A stretch of 64,000 nucleotides of DNA from Basidiobolus meristosporus CBS 931.73 (GCA_002104905.1 MCFE01000011.1:62001-126000); one strand, 5' to 3'. Counted from the first letter of the stretch, positions 1 through 13,173 are shown. The notes: generated by a model from the sequence alone, not told the origin. Numbers and translations are program-made.

Positions 1-142
1 GTGACGAGTGGCCTAACATAAGACTTCCACTTGACTCCTCGATGCAAAGAGGTGGAACAAAGGCGCTAGTAGGTTGTGGAATCTCGCCACGTCTCAGAAT
101 GCTTGGATTCCATTCTGTAAGATAGCGTTGTCCAATCAGATT

Positions 143-496
143 TCATTCTCGAAGTGGATTCATTGGAGGACACAAAGCATTTTCTGTTTGGTAGAGAAGA
201 CGATCTTTTCTGTCCCGAAAATCGAGTGGCTTGTAGCTCATCGCTTGCATTATCCGCAATGCTTCATTCCCATAATGGATCGGTGCGGAGATTCTTTGCC
301 TTATTTTCCGCATTCTTTGAGGGCTAGAGCCATTCAGATCAAACCGCCTTGACTGCCAGTTGAAATGGTGAGAGAATTGAGCCACCGAATCCTTGATAAA
401 GAAATCCCCCACAATAATCAAGGGGTATAGGTTAATTTGAGGGGCATTCCTTGGCATGTTTACTTTCTTGTTATAATACATGCGCCTTCCAAACAA
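143..496 (-). CDS. Possible coding exon/ORF, unknown product
   Basis: 117-aa ORF in CpG-normal genic DNA; no motif recognised. Confidence 0.2.
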   Translation of the reverse strand: MFGRRMYYNKKVNMPRNAPQINLYPLIIVGDFFIKDSVAQFSHHFNWQSRRFDLNGSSPQRMRKIRQRISAPIHYGNEALRIMQAMSYKPLDFRDRKDRLLYQTENALCPPMNPLRE

Positions 497-792
497 GATT
501 TAGCGAGATCAACCAAGTGCTGCAGAGTGGAGTGGCGACGCAGCATTGTTGATTTTCAATTAATATGACTCTTTTTTACAGGCACGTTGGGTGATGATAA
601 GCGCCATTCAACCATTTGCATATATGCAAATATGCACATCATTTCTGAATGTGAGTGTTACTAGTGGACAACACATGTCAAATTTTATGGAGTTTTGCAA
701 ATTGCGGTCTTAATGAAAGGATTCAACTGATTGATATAACTTTGTTTCTATTACCCCAAGAGACCTCCTGACCGTCAAGGCCACAAGGAAGC

Positions 793-1694
793 ATGACTTC
801 TTCCCGTGATGAATATTTGGATACTTTAAAGCGTCTTTATTATACAGCCATGACTACCAAGAGTCTAGCTCTTGAGGGTGACGGTGAAACTACATACACG
901 GAGACCAAGAGTTGTTTCGGTGGAAATCAACCGTTCCTTTTACGAAACGAAGATTGGCCTGTTTGTGGTCAGTGTGAAGCGCCAAGTAAGAACCAAAACC
1001 AGCGTAGATGCGATACACGACATATAGGCTAAACCTTATGTCTAGTGACTTTTTTCTTTCAAATTGATCTTGAGAAAGTCTCAAAAGAGCCCGAATTTAA
1101 AACAGCCACTGGTGGCGTCGGACTACTGCAACTTTTTGTATGCACTTCCGAGGATGGCTGCGAGTAGGTCTATGTTTGATAGGTGTGGGGGTTATGTATG
1201 CTCACCAAGACTTTTAACCTAGGACTTTTGAAGCATACAATGACGCTTCATTGGTGCGAATCCTCGCGCCTGAGCAGCTTGCTGCCTCAAAAGATTCCAC
1301 GAAGCTTCGAAAGTTTGAGCCTGAAGAAAGTAGTGAACAGTTTCCTCAGCATGACATTCAATATTGGTCCAAAGGGGGTGAAGACCTTCCTGCTCTAGAA
1401 GAGCTCACCAAAATATTGGAAGAGGCCAGCCTACCAATGATTGAATATGATGAAAACGAAGCAGATCCAGAGTTAGCCATGAGGGGAATCAAGTTGCTTG
1501 GTTGGCCGAATTGGGTACAATCTCCCGAGTACCAAGAGTGCCGCAAGTCGGGCTGTACTCAAATCATGAAGCTTTTAATGCAGGTCGAGGAGTCTGATGA
1601 TTTACCATTTATGTGGGGCGATGCTGGTACTGCCTATCTACAACAGTGTCCAGAGCATAAAGATAGCCTGGCATTTGTATGGCAATGCTGCTAA
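793..1694 (+). CDS. YwqG/DUF1963-like protein, 3 exons (793-985, 1046-1163, 1223-1694)
   Basis: GT-AG introns join the ORFs in frame: ...FGGNQPFLLRNEDWPVCGQCEAPMTFFFQIDL...LLQLFVC...KLLGWPNWVQSPEY...LLMQVEESDDLPFMWGDAGTAYLQQC...FVWQCC*. The GGxP, FxxQIDL, LGWPxxxQ and MWGDAG motifs match DUF1963. Confidence 0.7.
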
Positions 1695-1889
1695 TTTTCC
1701 TACTGCTACTACCACTGATATAAAGCTAAACCATTTGCGTCAGTGTACCAATGCGCCTATTTATTTCTCCACGAATTTTGAGAAGTTGGCCTTTGTGATA
1801 CAATCTAGTACAAGAGGTCCGATGTTACTGAGGCTAGTTTTTTGGAGATGGGTTTTATGGGTATAATACAAGTGAAGTTTTTGAGGAGT

Positions 1890-2594
1890 TTAGCGTTTTA
1901 GCAAGAATCTCCAACCTAGCATGGCGGCTTTCCTGGCTAAACCTGGGGTCATCATAGCCACCAAAGGAATACGCAAAGGTACCAAAAGCTTGTGTATCCC
2001 AAAAGCTATAAGTAATGTAGAGGTCCAAGACAGTGAGCCACTACGCATTTGTGCTTCAGCCTCACCGTTTTCTGAAGTTTCTTTGCCAATCCCTAGAAAC
2101 CCGAACCACTTGTAAAGCGACTCTCTAACAGGCTTGACGTACTGTTCACCCCCCATCCGTACCAGCCATACAGTAAATAGATAATCCACCATCGACACTC
2201 CGAGGTACGCTATAGAGGCAACTTTTCCGTACTTTCTCAAAAACCCAGGCTTCTTTTCCTTCTTCTTACCAAACCCAAACAGATTTCGTTGAATGATGGC
2301 ATTAGGCGAGCCAGCTATGGGGCAAGTCGACGGTAAACGAGCAAGGGGACGGTTGATACTCGCAAAAGTCAGTGGTGCTCGGGGAACAGAGTGAAATCTA
2401 GCCGCAAATTGGGTGGGTTTCTGTTGATGGTGTACTACTGTTCGCCAAATAGCAGGGTTGCTTCTACAAAATCCCAAAGTCATGCCAGAAGCCTTTGACA
2501 AGTGCTGAAGCTTAATCATTTGCGGAATGCGATTCATTCTATAGTCAAAAAAGGGATAGTACGGTTTGGTTATTGTGTTAAGACTACTGACCAA
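1890..2594 (-). CDS. DUF1279/FAM210-family (NAT2-like) mitochondrial membrane protein
   Basis: Basic, presequence-like N-terminus followed by RKYGKVASIAYLGVSMVDY...LLIAFGIHKLLVPLRIPLVAMMTPGLARK, typical of DUF1279; true start may be a downstream ATG. Confidence 0.75.
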   Translation of the reverse strand: MVSSLNTITKPYYPFFDYRMNRIPQMIKLQHLSKASGMTLGFCRSNPAIWRTVVHHQQKPTQFAARFHSVPRAPLTFASINRPLARLPSTCPIAGSPNAIIQRNLFGFGKKKEKKPGFLRKYGKVASIAYLGVSMVDYLFTVWLVRMGGEQYVKPVRESLYKWFGFLGIGKETSENGEAEAQMRSGSLSWTSTLLIAFGIHKLLVPLRIPLVAMMTPGLARKAAMLGWRFLLKR

Positions 2595-4132
2595 ATTCTG
2601 ATCTTATATATTCTCTTGTGTCGTAAATTAATGTGAGAGATGACGATTTGTGTAAGAAATCTCATCCTCTTTTTGGATCCTATGTCATCGTTGCAAAATC
2701 CATGACAATGAATGATATTTATCAGCTCTACATAGGCGCCTTCCCCAATGCTAACGTCATGAAGGAGACGTCATCGACAATGCTCCTTTATTGCAACGAT
2801 CACAATGTATTTGATATTGGACAAGACACTGATCATCTCAGCGCTACTGGCGCAGCTGGCATACGTTGACATGGCCCATTCATATGCCCTAATCAACTCC
2901 GATCTACCGTGAGAAGGGGCAGGTTTGAACATATGCTACATTGTATCTTCGATATGCAGGCCCTGGAATCGATTTCCTGCGCGGTTCGTATACTCGAAAA
3001 GGGGTAGAAACAGATCACTGCTCTGTCTCCATTGCGACTTTCGGAACCCGCTGCTGGTGACATCATCCCGGCCTGATGATCATTGACGATGTTTCTTAAG
3101 CGCGACCCATCTAATTAATCGATCAGATTTCGTATACTTCATTCTCAGCAATCAGGCGATTATTCGGGTGTACAAAGAGCATGTTGGCAAGTTATTGCCC
3201 AACATAGACTCGACAGATACTCCTATTCATATTTCAAGTATGCCCATTCATTAGGCTAATGGTTATAAGCTTTGGTGTATCTGTGTATCAGTTACCCGAT
3301 CGAGAGTCGTTCCACTGAAAAGCATATGCTCTGTTTATGGTCCTTTTATCGGTGTCATCCAGCAAAAATGGTTACTGAACAGGTACGGATGGCGCTCATG
3401 ATGTTGAGAGCACTGATGGTTTAGCTATTTCAACAATAGCAGTTTCTGCTCACAGGACCAAGGTGTTGCAGACAACATCGGTTTAGAAATCACTGTCACT
3501 GCTAAGGTTGCGAACATTATAAGGTACAGCTAGTGCTGCACACCTCATCGGGTGAACAAACAACTAAATAGAGGAGAGGTGACGTAGCCTTGCCAAGAGA
3601 CCTGGTGCAGAAAAAGAATATGAACCAAGGTCACGCTTGCCAGAACAAAATCCAACTTGCAAAGCCCAGATATGAAACCAGGGGGTTTCATGGGTAAATG
3701 GGATAATCAGGCCTAGTAAATATCTCGAACGCGGTGTCTCAAAATATTATGGAATGGTGTAAGGAAGGTACAAGTATATCAATCTTCCAGAATGACTTGA
3801 TCATCTGCCCATAACATGCAGAATTGCCCACCAGACATACCTACTAGGACTGCTCAGTATAGACAATTGAGCTGTATTTATGATCCAAGATACTTGGACA
3901 ACATATCGGACACCAACAGTGATTACTTGGGTCAACAAATGTATATATTTCAAAAAAGATCACATGACTAAAATAAACAGGAAACGCAAAAGGATCTATA
4001 ACAGCTCGTAGGTAACACCGAAGGGAGATTGAGGAAAGGCTAGGAGAATAGAGCGAAACTAGAGGTGGCCGGAGTATGTAAAGGTTTAACGGAAAAGACG
4101 GGGAGTGGAAACGAAGATCCTATTGTATAAGG

Positions 4133-5640
4133 CTAATCTGACACGAGGTCAGATTCTGATCCCTCGTCCACCTCCAGTTCATCTCCAGAACTGATGGGGC
4201 TGGAATCCCTACCAATAAGCGAGCTTAATGGTTTTTTGCCTCCGTGAGTTGCTCGAATTTTGGGCTGCTCTCCGAAGGAACCAAGATTAGGAGTATCAGA
4301 GTCCTCATCAAACTCCTCCACTGGGTCTTCCTCATCATACTGCTCAGCCTCCGGTCTTGCCTCTTCTTTTTTGCTAGGGACAGGTGTAGCTGGCAAAGAC
4401 CTAGGTCGATTTGCAGGACCACGCCCTTGCATGACGATGAACTCTTGCCAGACGTAATTCTTACATTTGTCTGTATTAGGAAGATCTTGAATCATTTTGG
4501 CAATGGTTGGATGGGAGAAGCCATAGTAATCTGGCCCCGAAGCAGAGTTACTGTGGTCACGCTTACGAATGGCGTTGGCGACTTTGACGACTGTAGTCCA
4601 GGCCCCGGTAGCAGTGTTCGCTATGATGGGATTGTTCTGATCCTCTGGTTCAATTATAAACTATAGGCAAGATTTTGATTAGAAATCTCTTTAACAGCCT
4701 TAGCGATGAAAAATACACACCCTTGGACCGTCGCCACCATCGGAAATACTACAGACGTATGTAGTTTGCTTGTCTGGATCAACCATAGAGCTGTAAGTTC
4801 TGAAGTAATAAAAGGATTAATCATGAGATCGGATTATCATTGAACAGCACGTTCCCCATACCTTCTAACCGTATAGCCAATAGGCCAGATGTAGCGATCA
4901 TTGTGAAAAGTATCACGCTCCCACTCGACCTTTCCGAGATTGATGACAGTTAGAATACCGATTTGCACGGGAAGGACATAATTCCCCTTCTCGTCCTTGT
5001 CGAGTTGTTGTACGCGACGTGGCTTCATTTCGCTACGCTTCTTACGTCTCTTCTTTACGGGCGCAGGTGCAACAGGTGTTGTAGGAGCACTTCTCTTGGA
5101 ACTGTTTATTTGTCTGGCAGATTTTGTATCTTTGTCAAACTTCCTTTTGGCTGAGCTGAGACGTGTCAGATTGTCGTCTATTCATCCAATATTAATTCAG
5201 AACGTCAAAAATATGACACGGGACTTTAACATTACCTGGGCCTTCGGAGTCAGAGGATGTGGAGGAGAGACTTGAAATGTTGGAAGAATCAGAATCTTCG
5301 AGCTTTGCAATTCGCTCGAGGAGCAAGCTGTTTGGTATGTTAGATGACCACACTCAACAAATGCCATGTGACAAGTGCATACTTTCTTTCGCGTCTTAAG
5401 CGTAAGATCTGCTTCTTACTCTTGTCTAGTTGGTCAACAACTTTGTCATTTTCCTGATATGGAAGTTAATACGCATTGCTCAGAAGGGAACCATCGAAGA
5501 GTGCTGTGTACCTCTAAAACCTCTTTCAACTTTCGCTTAATCTTGCGATATTTTTCTTCCGATAAATTAGAGTCGCGATCCTTTTCTCTGGTGCTGCGAT
5601 CGCGTTTACTTGAAAGATGATAGTGAGTAGCTGGTGGCAT
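4133..5640 (-). CDS. TBRG1-like FYRN/FYRC domain chromatin protein, multi-exon
   Basis: Spliced reading: N-terminal coiled coil (EEKYRKIKRKLKEVLE), FYRN (LPVQIGILTVINLGKVEWERDTFHNDRYIWPIGY...SMVDPDKQTTYVCSI), FYRC (ANTATGAWTTVVK...SASGPDYYGFSHPTIAKMIQDLPNTDKC), acidic tail. Confidence 0.8.
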
Positions 5641-6416
5641 CTGCGAAAAAATAGGTTCAGTGCGAGAACGGGGTTGAAAAGTTCCATAGTAGCTGCGTTT
5701 CTTCGGCTTGTAATGTTTGTTCGGCCAGGCAAATATGCATTTATATATATATCTACATATAACTATACCTTGATGATCTTGTATAATTGGACCTACACTA
5801 AGTAGACCGCATAAAGTTTGGAAACTAAAGCTACGTTGGACAATACTCTCTACTACGTCAGTTTATTGTTGGGAAAGAGGCCAAGTACGAAGCAACCAAG
5901 GCCAAGGATAAAAATTTTCTTGCACGGAGCAAAGCTGGGAAGGTGAGATAGGAAAAGAGACGAATACCTCGCCCAACTCGGTTGACGACTTTATTGATTA
6001 CCCGAATATACAATTTGGCTTATTGTTTTGATTAAACACACGTTGGTGTTGAGAATGTTTTGAGATGGCTCTTGTTAAGGTCGATTCTACGTCATCCTCG
6101 CCACGCCAAATTCGATCAGCATGAACGAGAATGGATATCGGGATTGGAGGTGCACCACCACAGCTACAAGTGTATTGGTCAGCAAGATTCCGTCATTTGG
6201 CGCCAGGCCAGTTGTGGAAAGGTATATTAGGAAATGCATGTACTTCTAGGGCAGCTCCAAACCATGAAGGGGCTGATGAGTGGCTACGGTGGGCAAGTCG
6301 CTAGCAACCACAAGGTGACCATGAATATTACGATTAAACAGTGGTTTGATTTATTGTAACCAGATTAGACATGCGTGAGATTAGAAGCATACAAGTGAAT
6401 GCAATGTTTGAGATGC

Positions 6417-6863
6417 TTATTCGTAGATGAGTTGGTCAACGAAACGGTTGTACTCAACGATGCCCTCGGGGAACCAGAGGGCAATTTCGCGCTCGGCAGA
6501 CTCAACAGAGTCGGAACCGTGGCAAAGGTTCTTACCAACATCAACACAGAAATCACCACGGATGGTTCCGGGAAGGGAAGCAAGAGGGTTGGTCTCACCG
6601 AGGAGAACACGGCCAGTCTTGACGACACCCTTGCCCTCAAAGACCATACCGACAACGGGTCCGGAGGTCATGTAGGCCATAAGTCCGGGGAAGAATGGCT
6701 TGGAAGCAAGATCGCGGTAGTGTTCAGCCAAAAGCTCTTGGGTGGGCTTGACGAGCTTCAAGCCAGCGAGCTTGTAACCCTTTTGTTCGAAGCGCTTGAT
6801 GATCTCACCAACAAGACCACGCTCGACACCGTCGGGCTTAACCATAATGTAAGTGCGTTCCAT
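6417..6863 (-). CDS. NDK1: Nucleoside diphosphate kinase, intronless
   Basis: 148-aa ORF with [29 protein letters not shown] and catalytic NLCHGSDS motifs. Confidence 0.97.
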   Translation of the reverse strand: MERTYIMVKPDGVERGLVGEIIKRFEQKGYKLAGLKLVKPTQELLAEHYRDLASKPFFPGLMAYMTSGPVVGMVFEGKGVVKTGRVLLGETNPLASLPGTIRGDFCVDVGKNLCHGSDSVESAEREIALWFPEGIVEYNRFVDQLIYE

Positions 6864-8719
6864 TTTGTGAGATTTAGAGGAGTTAAGATTGATAGAACCT
6901 TGAGGAGTGACACAACCACAGCGATTTCTTTTATATGATTCCTGGTGGGTGAAAAAAAGGCCTTCACAAGGGTTCCCAAATGTAATCGACGGTGCGTAAA
7001 TTCCGTTGGGTAAGAAAAGATAAAATTTTCGGGTTGGACCTTCGCTGAGCCCCTATTGCAACCAACCTTTTTCAGTTCCAGTGTTACCAACGTGCCTTTC
7101 CTGGCGTGGAGACCTATAAATGTGCCTATCTTGGTTTGTGTTTCATTTGGCTGCGTGGTACACTCTCAGTCTTTGCCAAAGAACTCCAAGATCCCAGCCC
7201 CAAAACCCTAGTGAGGACTACAAGCGACTGCATTTCCTATTTTGCCTTTCCCCAACTCCAATACTACTGATTTTGGGTGACATCCGAAAAATTCCGGTTT
7301 AATATCCTGCTACCCTGGCGAATATGAGCTGAGTTAAGGGCCCTCGTAGCATGTAAGCCTCTGCCTTGAGATATAGAGGTAGCCAATGGCCACGCCCAAT
7401 CGGTGTTGTATGCTTGGGGGGGGGGGCAATTTGTCCAATAAGCATCACTGCATCAAATTCAGCCACTCACTTGTCATCAAGCATGCCAACCTGGCTTGCT
7501 GTGGAATCCAGCTGAAGAGTAGTTGTGTCGGGTTTATCCAATCAGTCGAGTAAATTTATTTGGCAGCCTCTCTCGAAAACGGGCAGCGAGCAAATAGATA
7601 TTAGAGGGCACCGGACCACTGGTGCACCGGTGAATATAGGGAATACTTTGATTACAATTACTATTGACAAACGGTGTTGGGATGCTGGTGCGTCCCCTCA
7701 ACCCATCAAAACTCTGGTTAGATTTTTCTACGCTGTAAGAACATAATAACCTGGGAGGGATAGGTTTTTAGATGGTCAAGGTGGTGGGACTTGGCAGAGG
7801 CTTACCATACACACGGCAACGACACACATCATTATCTCAAAAAAGGCCATCGTAGTCGCGACAGAGCTCCAAAATCAGTGCTTCGCTCCAACAAGTGACC
7901 GCCCTTATATATGTAATGGTCCCTATGCAAATCATCAGGTCTTTGCGTCGTGTTTTCGGCCAGGTAGCTGTGCTTTGTCTCCAATTCCTGTTTGTTGCTG
8001 CAGTCTTCAGGAACTCACACTGTCTCGTTTCTTACGCGTACGGATGCCCACGCTCGTGATACTGGAGATATTTTTGCATTTATTAGCAATCATCGATACT
8101 GATTCTGATCAAACATAGGTCGGTCACGTCATTGCTAGAGCCTTTTCGGCCATGGTTTCTATTGCACCAAGGCGATATATTGCACATTAGAGAGTAGTGG
8201 TTGCAGCTCCCCCGTATTGGTATTTCATAAGCCAATTTAGTCCTTAATTGTTTAATGTGAAGCAAGCTAATGAAACTTGGCTTGCAATCTATATTTCCTC
8301 TAATTCCTTCTATCTGAGTTGCTAGGCTATGGGTGATTGATATGCAATGCGCGAACTAATATTATCAAACTGAAACCAATAGCCATGAAGGCAGCCAGGA
8401 AGTTAATCTGGCATAAATGAGGATCACCTGTTCTATACACTGGCATTAGTGCAAGCCTAAGATAACATTAGATTGCTTCTGTTGTAAACGAAGCTACACG
8501 CACCATATAGTTTGAAACTAACAAGCCTGGCCCAGATGAGCAGCACTTCAGCATATCAATCAAGAATGGTCGAAGTGGTGGTTTAATAGTGGAGGACAAT
8601 GTCACGATGCTTATTGATCATATTTCCCACCTATATCGTGGCTTTACATCGATTAACTTTTGGGCCCCGCCCTCGCTGCTTAAATGGGTTCTGTTTCGTG
8701 AGCAATTCATGCCATGCAG

Positions 8720-10026
8720 ACGGTCAATCCACTGGGAATATGTAGACGTGCAGCGTCAATTGATGATTTGACATTCTTTCACGAATAAGTGCCCGATGTC
8801 TTCCAAGCCGCTTCTACCACATTCGCCAGTTACGATCAGAAAGCGCGAGGTGATATCAGTGATGTTGTTAAGTTCGATAATTGATGCCTTGGTTGTTCCA
8901 AGCAACGAGTGATCTGATGCCGTACTTTAGCGAGTGTAATTAGGGCTCGTTGAGGGGGTCTATTTACCTCCGTTTTTGCTAAAAACAAAGAGTTGAATCA
9001 CGAAGTCCTGGTAAAAGTCGCCGTTACACAGCGTTCCTAGGGAGACTACAGAAAGGTTGAGTGTTTCGTTTTGGTCAGAAGGATTGCTAGGATCATACTG
9101 GTGAAAGGTTCCCAAATGATGTTTGCAAAATTCTCGCACGGCTTACTTCGGTAGACAAGAGCAAAGCCATCTTGGTGGTATTAATTACTGGGAACAATAT
9201 GACGGACTAAGTACTTGATACCTTTGCGCTGCCGGTTGATTTCGAAAAATATGGTGCGCTGAAACGAGGTGATCAATTTCAACGCAAGAGATTCAAAGAG
9301 TTGGATATACAAACTTGAACTTGGATATTCTGTACAGTGAACTGAAATCTAAAGAGTTCTAATTAACTTCCTCTGGATCAAAGCCATACCATGAACAGTA
9401 TATTTGTACGTGACTCTCTTAGGGATATCGATGATTTCGTCAACCATCAGGATAATTTTTCCGGAAAAGCCTCTTTTTGAACTAATCAAATTCCCCGATA
9501 TCTTTCTGTTTTTAGACCACACTGACCGAAGAGATTAGTTTCATGGTGGTAATGGAGGTGGGCTCATAACGTACAGATATCCTGAAGGCTTGTCTCAAAG
9601 TGCCCAATATAGTCGTGGTCATCCATATCTTCAGAGTCATTGTCAATATCGAATACGTCAAACCTAAGCAAGTAGCCCGCCATGTCAGTTTGAACACAAA
9701 TACGGGGAGGCATGGTAAATCTTTGAACCTCAAGAGTGATTCCTCTTCACTAAAGTAGAAACATTTTGCGAAGCGGGGATTTGGTGAATCCTGTAGGACT
9801 TCAGTTCTACCAAACTCCCTCCATACAGCTTGGTATATGTTGCTCTTTACACTCAAAATCACAACCGGATCCGATTCAGAGAAGTAATCGAGTTTCGGCA
9901 ATTTCCTAAGTCGCTCACAAAAGTCTCGTTACTCAATTCTCGTTGCCACCAGAGTCAATCATCGCAAAATATGTACTGGCATTCTACCCGAAGCTCAAAG
10001 ATGACTTTGCTGGCTCCCTCAAACAT
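8720..10026 (-). CDS. Copine-type tandem C2-domain protein, multi-exon; both ends uncertain
   Basis: Spliced reading: ELRVECQKLPKLDYFSESDPVVIL...FGRTEVLQDSPNPRFAK...LRFDVFDIDNDSEDMDDHDYIG (C2A), then SLGTLCNGDFYQDFVIQL (C2B-like) near 9000-9050. Confidence 0.55.
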
Positions 10027-10747
10027 TCCTCTATATGACGGTGTTCGATGTGAACGGTTATTCCGAGAGATTAAAAAAATCCGCCTCAACATTAAGGCTA
10101 TCTGGGAGTGCCAATTTTGGTGAGATCAAGTCATAACCAGCCTCTTGCAAATAGGATTACTGCAATCTTGGAACCAGCTTAAACCTAACACCAAACGCAC
10201 AAGGTTCTGGTGGTAATGATTTGTTCATTCGACAAAATGCACTTGGTAAAACGGTTTATGAATCTGATATTCTCCCTAAAATCGATTATATCTACCGTGT
10301 TACCAATGGAACATAGTTTGACCCTTTCAATCAATGCTTAGTAGGAGTTGATTGTACATCAATACAACTTGGGGAGTCATCGGTCCTCTGGATTTGGTTA
10401 ATGACATGACGACCCCTTGCTTCATATATATTGATGCAAGTCGCTTGAAGCTTATTTGCCTGCCTATATTATGTGAGCTGATATAACGCTGCCACGTGAT
10501 TACCTCACAACATCACTTGATCTCTGATTCGCTGTGGATGCCCTGGAAGAAATCACCATGGAAGGCACATTAAAGCATTAAGGGGCTCTGACCCGTTCCT
10601 AACAGAAATGGAGGTTCATTATGACGCTACCAATAGACCTGATGATCCAAAAGCACGTGATACACCTGCTCAATGTCAAGCTTGTACAGGTGTAATTGGA
10701 TTTCAAACACGTTCTACACAAACCCTTGGCTTTACACATTTGGTACA

Positions 10748-11553
10748 ATGGGACAGAAAACCAGTAAACTGAGCCCCGAGCAGTTAAGCGAATTGCAGAA
10801 GTGCACATACTGTAAGTTAGCATACCACACCCGTTGATAATTATGCTCAGATGCTAACCATCTCCTCTTCAGTTGATAAGAAAGAGCTCCAGCAATGGTA
10901 CAGTATACGTGTGATGTTGTCTGTATCCCATTTAAATGCTAAACATTGATTCCAGGTACAAAGGGTTCATTAAGGATTGTCCTTCCGGTAATCTCGACAA
11001 AAACGAATTCAAGAAGATTTACAAGCAGTTCTTCCCGTTTGGCGACCCTTCCGGGTTTGCGGAATATGTGTTCAACGTGTTCGATGAGAATAAGAATGGT
11101 ACCATCGACTTCAAAGAATTTATTTGTGCTCTTTCTGTGACTTCCCGAGGAAATACGGAAGAGAAGTTGCTCTGTAAGTTGCGGTGTTCTTTTACTTTCT
11201 CCAAAGTCGACCTAACCTTTTTTTAGGGGCCTTCCAGCTCTATGATATTGACAACGATGGCTTTATTACTCGTGAGGAGATGCTACGAATCGTTGAGGCC
11301 ATCTATAAGATGGTCGGTAGCATGGTAAAGCTTCCAGAAGACGAGGATACTCCTGAGAAACGGGTTGACAAAATCTTCAGACTAATGGACCAGGTATTTT
11401 TAGGTTTTGTGTTGTGAATGGATCTGGAACCCTGCCTAACAGTCCAATCTAAAGAACAACGATGGTAAACTATCCATGGAAGAATTCCAAGAAGGCTCTA
11501 AGAAAGACCCAACAATTGTTCAAGCCCTCTCGTTATATGATGGGCTGGTTTGA
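10748..11553 (+). CDS. FRQ1: Frequenin / neuronal calcium sensor-1 (EF-hand), 5 exons (10748-10811, 10873-10897, 10956-11173, 11227-11393, 11455-11553)
   Basis: MGQKTSKL myristoylation start, [22 protein letters not shown]-hands [25 protein letters not shown] and [13 protein letters not shown], ends SLYDGLV*; all introns GT-AG and in frame. Confidence 0.96.
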
Positions 11554-12414
11554 ATCTTAGAACTTCTCAAGTAGTAGGTTAAAGATATAATTCCAATCTA
11601 ATTCTCATTACATATCAGTTTATTGTAACAGCTTACCTTCATGTCATTCTTAATGTGTATAACAACTAATCAAGTAATGATTTGTACTTGATTTTTGATA
11701 CTTTCATCTCATTGCCTCGATAGTTAATGAAATAGTAAAGTCGTTTGCGAATACATAACATTCAGCAAATGTATTAGTGTCCATTTATCCCCGCCACAGT
11801 TCGCCCAGAATATTAGCAAAACCTTCAGATACATGCAGATATCTCTTCGACGTGGAATTCACCTAGACACCTGGTATCAACTGTTGCTGAGCATTTGCTG
11901 TATCTGATCCACCAAGATAGCTGGCCAACTCACAATCGATTGCATCTTGTTGGAAGTAAACTGGAGTGATTCGACGCATCGGCAACCGTGTGATTAAATG
12001 TGTACTCGGCCGTCTCCATCTGAAAATGCCATACACGGGTGGCAATGATATACATTATCGTTATACAGGAACAGTCACTCAGCTGACCCTAGAGCTGGTA
12101 AGTTACATACGAAACCATAGGATGACAATGAATACGTTTCTTCATGCTGCTTGCGTAACAAGTGTAATACAAAATCAATTATGCTTATTACCATTTAGGT
12201 TAATTAAATGAGCGAACCTTAGTGGTAGAATATCGAATTCAATGATGGCTCTGACAAATCCGATTTCTAGGGATTCGTTTAAGGAGAGATCTATAACTTG
12301 TTGTGTTGCTCGGTATTCTCCAAGCACCATATCGCGCATTTCTTTGCTCAAGCAGTCTTCCTTACAGTTTTGTTACGTATTCAGCCTTGCCCATAAAAGT
12401 TCGCTTGAATCGAT

Positions 12415-13173
12415 ATGAATGAGCCGACGCTGTGCTACGTTGCAGGAGCAGGAGATCTTGAAAGACTTCAGGAGGAGCTTAGTCGCGCCACATGTAATCT
12501 TGAGGTTGTCGATTCCCAAGGCCTGACTGCACTAATGATTGCCGCGAAAGAAAACCAACTGGAATGTGTCCGAGTATTGATTCTTGCTGGCGCTGATCCC
12601 AACGCATATAACGAAAAAGGCACTGCCTCCGAATTCACTGCACATCCAGAGATTCTCCAGCTCCTGACCGATGCCAAAAACAGTGTTTTATCAAGGGGAT
12701 ATTCCCAAGCTACCTCACCTAGCACCCCTATCACTGGTTCACCCACAGCATGTCGTTTCTTTATGAAAGGCTACTGCCGCTTCGGCAATAAATGCAGATT
12801 CGCTCACCTTGGTTTGGACTATGGACAGCCAGAACCAATAATGAGTAGACCCACTTGTCGGTACTGGCTGCAAGGAAACTGCCGTTTTGGCCATCAATGT
12901 AGATATGAGCATCCAGTCACCGCTGGGCATGGTATTCATGCCCAACTGCCATATCCACTCCCCGTCGCATATGTGGCCATGTCCCCTCCAGTAGGCATGG
13001 AGGACACCCCCTACCAAGACCACAACACCAGTCATTTTATGTATGACAACGAGATTGAAGAGCGTATCGAGAATTTCGGGTTCACTGAGGAAGAAGTGGG
13101 GACTTTGTTATCATATGGGGTGATGCCTTGGGAGAACAATGCCTGGGAAATATTGGAGGCCATTCACAACTGA
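12415..13173 (+). CDS. Ankyrin-repeat plus two CCCH zinc finger protein, intronless
   Basis: Ankyrin repeat GLTALMIAAKENQLECVRVLILAGADPN; CCCH fingers CRFFMKGYCRFGNKCRFAH and CRYWLQGNCRFGHQCRYEH. Confidence 0.85.
   Translation: MNEPTLCYVAGAGDLERLQEELSRATCNLEVVDSQGLTALMIAAKENQLECVRVLILAGADPNAYNEKGTASEFTAHPEILQLLTDAKNSVLSRGYSQATSPSTPITGSPTACRFFMKGYCRFGNKCRFAHLGLDYGQPEPIMSRPTCRYWLQGNCRFGHQCRYEHPVTAGHGIHAQLPYPLPVAYVAMSPPVGMEDTPYQDHNTSHFMYDNEIEERIENFGFTEEEVGTLLSYGVMPWENNAWEILEAIHN

Noticed and set aside
3780-3840. Minus-strand MLWADDQVIL as a LINE RT (YADD-like) remnant
   Set aside because: No other RT motifs in adjacent frames; too short to support.
5860-6350. Possible small spliced plus-strand gene between the FYR gene and NDK
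   Set aside because: Splice-like signals exist, but I found no consistent frame or recognisable protein.
6365-6938. ORFs 6365-6655 (-), 6399-6938 (+) and 6427-6675 (+)
   Set aside because: Alternative-frame or antisense shadows of the conserved NDK gene.
7416-7426. 11-nt G run as a G-quadruplex or regulatory element
   Set aside because: Single homopolymer with no further supporting G-tract pattern.
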